Shown one piece after another: positions 60,268 to 64,000 of a stretch of 64,000 nt of DNA. A program made the translations under genes and the position numbers. The notes beneath the pieces are model-generated. The model saw only the letters and a list, made by a program, of their open reading frames with translations, searched no databases and was not told the DNA's origin. The DNA comes from an uncultured delta proteobacterium (lineage in GTDB: Bacteria; Myxococcota_A; Polyangia; Polyangiales; Polyangiaceae): positions 3,744,001 through 3,808,000 of the forward strand of contig CAWDXG010000004.1 in the NCBI GenBank assembly GCA_963806225.1, written 5' to 3'. Position 1 is the first letter of the stretch, and every line of letters starts with the position of its first letter.

Positions 60268-61622
60268 GGCTTGGGCGCGGGCTTCGGGGGCTTGGGCGGA
60301 GCCTTCGTTCCCGCCGCTCCGTGCATCGCAGTTGGCGGCATCATGGCGCCCCTCGGACCGCGCATCAAAGCCGGCGGCACCATTCCCGGCCGCCCCTTCG
60401 CGGGCCTCTTTGGCACGATTGTTCCGTTGACGATCGCCTCGATGCGACGCTTCACGGCGGCGTCCTGTCCGGTGGCTTTCGCATAGTGCGACAGCACTCG
60501 CTTGAACGCCGCCTTCGGCGCGCCGAGCGCGTGCATCACGTCCAGTGCGCTGGAGCGGGCCAGCCAGTGCGCGTCCAGATCGCCGGCCAGCGACTCGAGC
60601 GCCTTGAGGAGCTGGTCCTTCTTGTACCAGGGCTTGACCTGGTCGAGCCACGCGACGCCAGCCGGGTGCCGGGCCTTGTCGTAGTCGGTGCGCGCCGCGC
60701 GCAGGCTGCTGATCGCCGCGTAGGGCGGAACCTGCTGGGTGCGCGGCGTCTGCTGGAGCACCTGCAGGGTCAGCTCGTAGGCCTGCTTCAGCGGCTTCGG
60801 CGGCAGCGGATAGCCCGTCCAGGCGGTGATCAGCCCGCGGAAACAGCCCTGCGCGAGCTGGGGAGGCGTGTCCTTGGCGAGCAGGAACTTCTTGAACTCG
60901 TCGACCGCAGCCGGGTTCTCGCTGCCGTACAGCCGGCTGCACAGGTAGGAGCGGAGCTGGACCGACGAATCCTTGTCGAGCTTGTCCGTGACCTTCTTGA
61001 ACCCGCCGTCGATAGCGGCACCCGCGGGAGTGAGGAGCCAGCCCAGCGCCTCCATCTGCACCCGCGGCGAGGGGCTGTCGGCCGACTGCATCAGGAGCTT
61101 GCCGATGGCGGCGTTACCCTGCTGGTGCGAGCCGAGCGCGCGCAGCATGGACACCAGCACGCCGGGCACCTTCTCCTTCTGCGCGGCCGCGAGCAGGGCC
61201 TGCCGGGTCGGCTCGCTCGTCCCGGCCTTGGCGCCCATCATCCGCGCGGACATCAGGCGCACGGCAGGGCTCTTGTCCGCGAGATGCTTCGTCCCGAGCG
61301 CCGCACCCTCCGCCGCGGGGTCCCTGGACTGCCACTTCCGGACGCGCGCCTGGTTGAACTTCCGGTAGTCGGGGCAACGGGGCTGGATGCCGTTGTCGTC
61401 GACCTTGCAGTTCCGGAGCGCGAGCAGCAGTGTCTCCTCGATCTGCGGGGTCAACCGCTGCGACCTGTCGGCTAGAAACGCGGCGACGGGATCCGGCGCC
61501 GCGGCGGCGCTGGCTGAAGCGGACGGCGCTTGATCGACCTTGTCCTTCTTGTGAACGCAGGCGGCGAGGGTACCGAGACTGGCCAGGGCCAGGGTCAGGG
61601 CGAGGGGGCGGAGAGAATGCAT
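60264..61622 (-). CDS. HEAT-repeat lipoprotein
   Basis: GGAG RBS; TLAAC lipobox; DKSPAVR, DSPSPRVQMEAL and DSSVQLR helical repeats. Confidence 0.75.
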   Translation of the reverse strand: MHSLRPLALTLALASLGTLAACVHKKDKVDQAPSASASAAAAPDPVAAFLADRSQRLTPQIEETLLLALRNCKVDDNGIQPRCPDYRKFNQARVRKWQSRDPAAEGAALGTKHLADKSPAVRLMSARMMGAKAGTSEPTRQALLAAAQKEKVPGVLVSMLRALGSHQQGNAAIGKLLMQSADSPSPRVQMEALGWLLTPAGAAIDGGFKKVTDKLDKDSSVQLRSYLCSRLYGSENPAAVDEFKKFLLAKDTPPQLAQGCFRGLITAWTGYPLPPKPLKQAYELTLQVLQQTPRTQQVPPYAAISSLRAARTDYDKARHPAGVAWLDQVKPWYKKDQLLKALESLAGDLDAHWLARSSALDVMHALGAPKAAFKRVLSHYAKATGQDAAVKRRIEAIVNGTIVPKRPAKGRPGMVPPALMRGPRGAMMPPTAMHGAAGTKAPPKPPKPAPKP

Positions 61623-61798
61623 GGAGGAGCTCCTTTTCGCCTGCGTGGCCTAGCACGGCGCGAGCCACAGGAAAGCCGCAAACAGCGACGCCGCGCTACC
61701 CGTAGGTGGCGCGGCGTCGTCGGGGCCTCGCGGCCCGCCCACGGAGAGTGCCCGGCCGTCCGGGCGCTCCCCGCGGAGCGTTCGTACCGAGGAAGGAG

Positions 61799-64000
61799 CT
61801 ACCTCGGGTACGGGGGGACGTACGGGTCGGAGATGTTGTGGACCTTGTCCACGCCGAACTGCTTGCCTGCTCCGTGGCAGGATTCGCAGGATTCGACCTC
61901 GTCACCGCTGTACGGTGCGGCCGGCGTCGGGTCCACGGTCATGAGGGCACCGTGGGCCTGATCCGCATCGCTGTCGTGGCAGGCCAGGCAGGCGAGCCGA
62001 TCGGGTTCCTTCTTCCAGGTCCCCGCAGTCGCGGTGGCGTCGTGGCACTTCGTGCAGTTGCGCACGTCCTGCGGGAAGACAACATCGTTGAACTCGTCCG
62101 CCGTCGAGTGGATCTGCTCCGGATGGCTCAGATACTTGCCGAAGTGCACGCCGTGGACGCGCCGGTTCAGCGGAGCCGCACCGAACCCGTAGTTCGAGTT
62201 CGCGCTGCCCCAACCCGCCGCGTTGTTCGAGTTCTGTGCCTGGTAGTCGTGGCAGCTCTTGCAGATGTCCGGGCTGAACGTGACCGCGAAGTAGCCTCCG
62301 TGCATCCGGGTGTCTTCGTGGCAATCCGTGCAGTTCGTCGCCACCATCTGTTCTTCCGTGGCCGTGCCGACCTGGAAGTTCTTCACGGCCCAGCTCTCGG
62401 GATGTGCCCCGGCCTTCGTGACAACGAAGAACACGGTGTATGTGCCCGGCTCGAGGCCCGCCACGTCGTCCAGCTTGTAGACGAACGCGTTGTTCGTGGT
62501 GTCGGCCGTGTACTTCGGGTCCGCCGGGCTCGCGTCGGCCAGGAGGTCGTTGTACACGTAGAAGCCGTTTGGATCGGGGTTCGCTGCCGCGGTCGTGAGC
62601 ACCGGCTCGGTGTCCATGCGCGGGCCCGAAACGAAGAGCTCGGCCACATCCTTGTTGGCTCCTGTAAACTTCGTCGGGTCAAGGGCGGCGCCGCTGGAGT
62701 CCTTCACGGTGATGGTGACCGTCGGCGTCTCGCCGGCCTCGTAGTCCGTGCTGTTGGCCGGAGCGGACATGGCGATATCGGCCGTGAGCTTGAAGTCCGG
62801 CGGCGTGATCTTGTGCGCCACGTCGACCGGAGCCTGTGCGCCGGGGCCGTGGCAGGTCGTGCACTTCGAGTCATCCGCCTGCGCGCCGCCGGCGTGCCGG
62901 GTCAGCTCGCAGACGCCCGTGGTGGTGTTGCACACCGGATTGCTGCCGGTCGGACCCGCATTCGTGCAGTCGCTGTCCACCGTGCAGCCGGTCACGCTGG
63001 TCTCCTTGTTGACGGTGAAGTTGCCCGTCGAGAAGTCGACCCAGTCGTGGCACGCGCCGCAGGCTTCACGGCTCGGCTTGGTCTTCCAGGCGTCGTCGGT
63101 GCCGCTGTGGCACTTCTGGCAGTTCTTGATGTCCGCCGGGAAGGCCAGACCTTCATAGGCCTCGAAGTCGCCGGTGGCGCCGGTGTCCAGCTTCGACTTC
63201 AGGTTCTCGCCCATGTGCACGCCGTGCACGCGGCGCACGATCGGGTCGACCATGTAGGTGGGCGTGCTGCCGTCGCCGCACACGCCGCCGTGGCCGGCCT
63301 TGGTCCCGTCCGCGCACACCTGGATGGCCGAGTAGCCGTCCTGGTTGTGGCACATCAGGCAGGTGCGCACCGGCACCGAGTCGAGGTCCGGGCTGCCCGT
63401 CGGGCTGTATCCCGGGTCGATGTGGTGCATGTACTCCTTGCCGTTGGCCGCGCCCTTGTGACAGTCCGCGCAGCTGCCCGTGCCGTCGGCCTTGTCCACG
63501 CCGACGATCAGAGGCTCGACCACGTCCGTCTTGATCTGCACGTCCGTCAGCTCGAACGTACCGTCGAAGGGATAGTCCTTCGGCACCAGGCGCAGCCCGA
63601 AGGTGTACGTGCCCGGGTCCTCGTCGCTCACGGCATTCGTCGTGAACGTGATCGTGTTGCCGTTCACCACCAGCCCCGCGGGAGCCGGGCTGGCCTTGAG
63701 ATCGATGTAGTAGTGGGGCTGCTTCGTGCGGTCGGTGCTGCAGCCGAGCAGCTTGACCGCCGTCTTGTCCTTGAGCACGTCCCGCGGCCCGTTCATGTAC
63801 AGCGCGGCCGTCGAGAAGTAATCGAGGTCCACCGGCTGGCCATCCGCCGTGGTGAGCGTCGCCGTGAAGACGATCTTGTCGCCCGTCACGAAATCCTTGC
63901 CGTTTGGCGGCGCCGCAGCCGACGCCGTGGCCGTCAGGCCCGGCGTCTGGCCGGCGTTCAGACCGGGTTGCCCGGGATTGCCGGGATTGCCGGTGCTGCC
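61799..64000 (-). CDS. Decaheme c-type cytochrome, OmcA/MtrC-like (5' end beyond window)
   Basis: Ten CxxCH motifs (CADCH, CLMCH, CQKCH, CGACH, CTTCH; CTDCH, CKSCH, CTKCH, CLACH, CESCH) in two groups of five, each after a beta-rich domain. Also VHGVHMG/VHGVHFG and FP.D..NC..CH. Frame is open to 64000. Confidence 0.9.
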   Translation of the reverse strand, partial: GSTGNPGNPGQPGLNAGQTPGLTATASAAAPPNGKDFVTGDKIVFTATLTTADGQPVDLDYFSTAALYMNGPRDVLKDKTAVKLLGCSTDRTKQPHYYIDLKASPAPAGLVVNGNTITFTTNAVSDEDPGTYTFGLRLVPKDYPFDGTFELTDVQIKTDVVEPLIVGVDKADGTGSCADCHKGAANGKEYMHHIDPGYSPTGSPDLDSVPVRTCLMCHNQDGYSAIQVCADGTKAGHGGVCGDGSTPTYMVDPIVRRVHGVHMGENLKSKLDTGATGDFEAYEGLAFPADIKNCQKCHSGTDDAWKTKPSREACGACHDWVDFSTGNFTVNKETSVTGCTVDSDCTNAGPTGSNPVCNTTTGVCELTRHAGGAQADDSKCTTCHGPGAQAPVDVAHKITPPDFKLTADIAMSAPANSTDYEAGETPTVTITVKDSSGAALDPTKFTGANKDVAELFVSGPRMDTEPVLTTAAANPDPNGFYVYNDLLADASPADPKYTADTTNNAFVYKLDDVAGLEPGTYTVFFVVTKAGAHPESWAVKNFQVGTATEEQMVATNCTDCHEDTRMHGGYFAVTFSPDICKSCHDYQAQNSNNAAGWGSANSNYGFGAAPLNRRVHGVHFGKYLSHPEQIHSTADEFNDVVFPQDVRNCTKCHDATATAGTWKKEPDRLACLACHDSDADQAHGALMTVDPTPAAPYSGDEVESCESCHGAGKQFGVDKVHNISDPYVPPYPR

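Overview
Chromosomal window from a very GC-rich bacterium. Gene content points to Myxococcota, probably Polyangiales: many Gly/Ser-linker Cys-rich lipoproteins, a Ser/Thr kinase, a TIGR02266-type PilZ protein and myxobacterial Cys-rich repeats. About 55 CDSs are supported. Housekeeping and core genes include lgt, an RluA-type pseudouridine synthase, ftsE-ftsX-envC-like M23, a formyltransferase, phoH, eno, NAD kinase, NUDIX, cysE, Nif3 and DUF2760-Hsp70. Cell-surface loci include an operon of three beta-propeller lipoproteins plus an outer-membrane barrel (22.1-27.7 kb), a cluster of five Cys-rich lipoproteins with two paralogous vWA proteins (35.2-43.8 kb), an HExxH/propeller/Omp85 fusion, and a decaheme OmcA/MtrC-like cytochrome running off the right edge. 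The most striking items are: an orphan protein whose last 34 residues align without gaps to the type III secretion needle (SctF/PrgI) C-terminal helix; a 770-bp non-coding gap between convergent genes holding a 3x50-bp palindromic tandem repeat and a 38-bp AT-rich palindrome; a 45-aa basic ORF missed by the ORF track; and -10-like hexamers 6-8 nt before start codons that lack a Shine-Dalgarno site. At least 14 genes, several conserved, are broken by small frameshifts, most likely long-read indel errors. No rRNA, tRNA, CRISPR array, transposase or integrase was recognised. All family assignments come from motif recognition by eye, not database searches.
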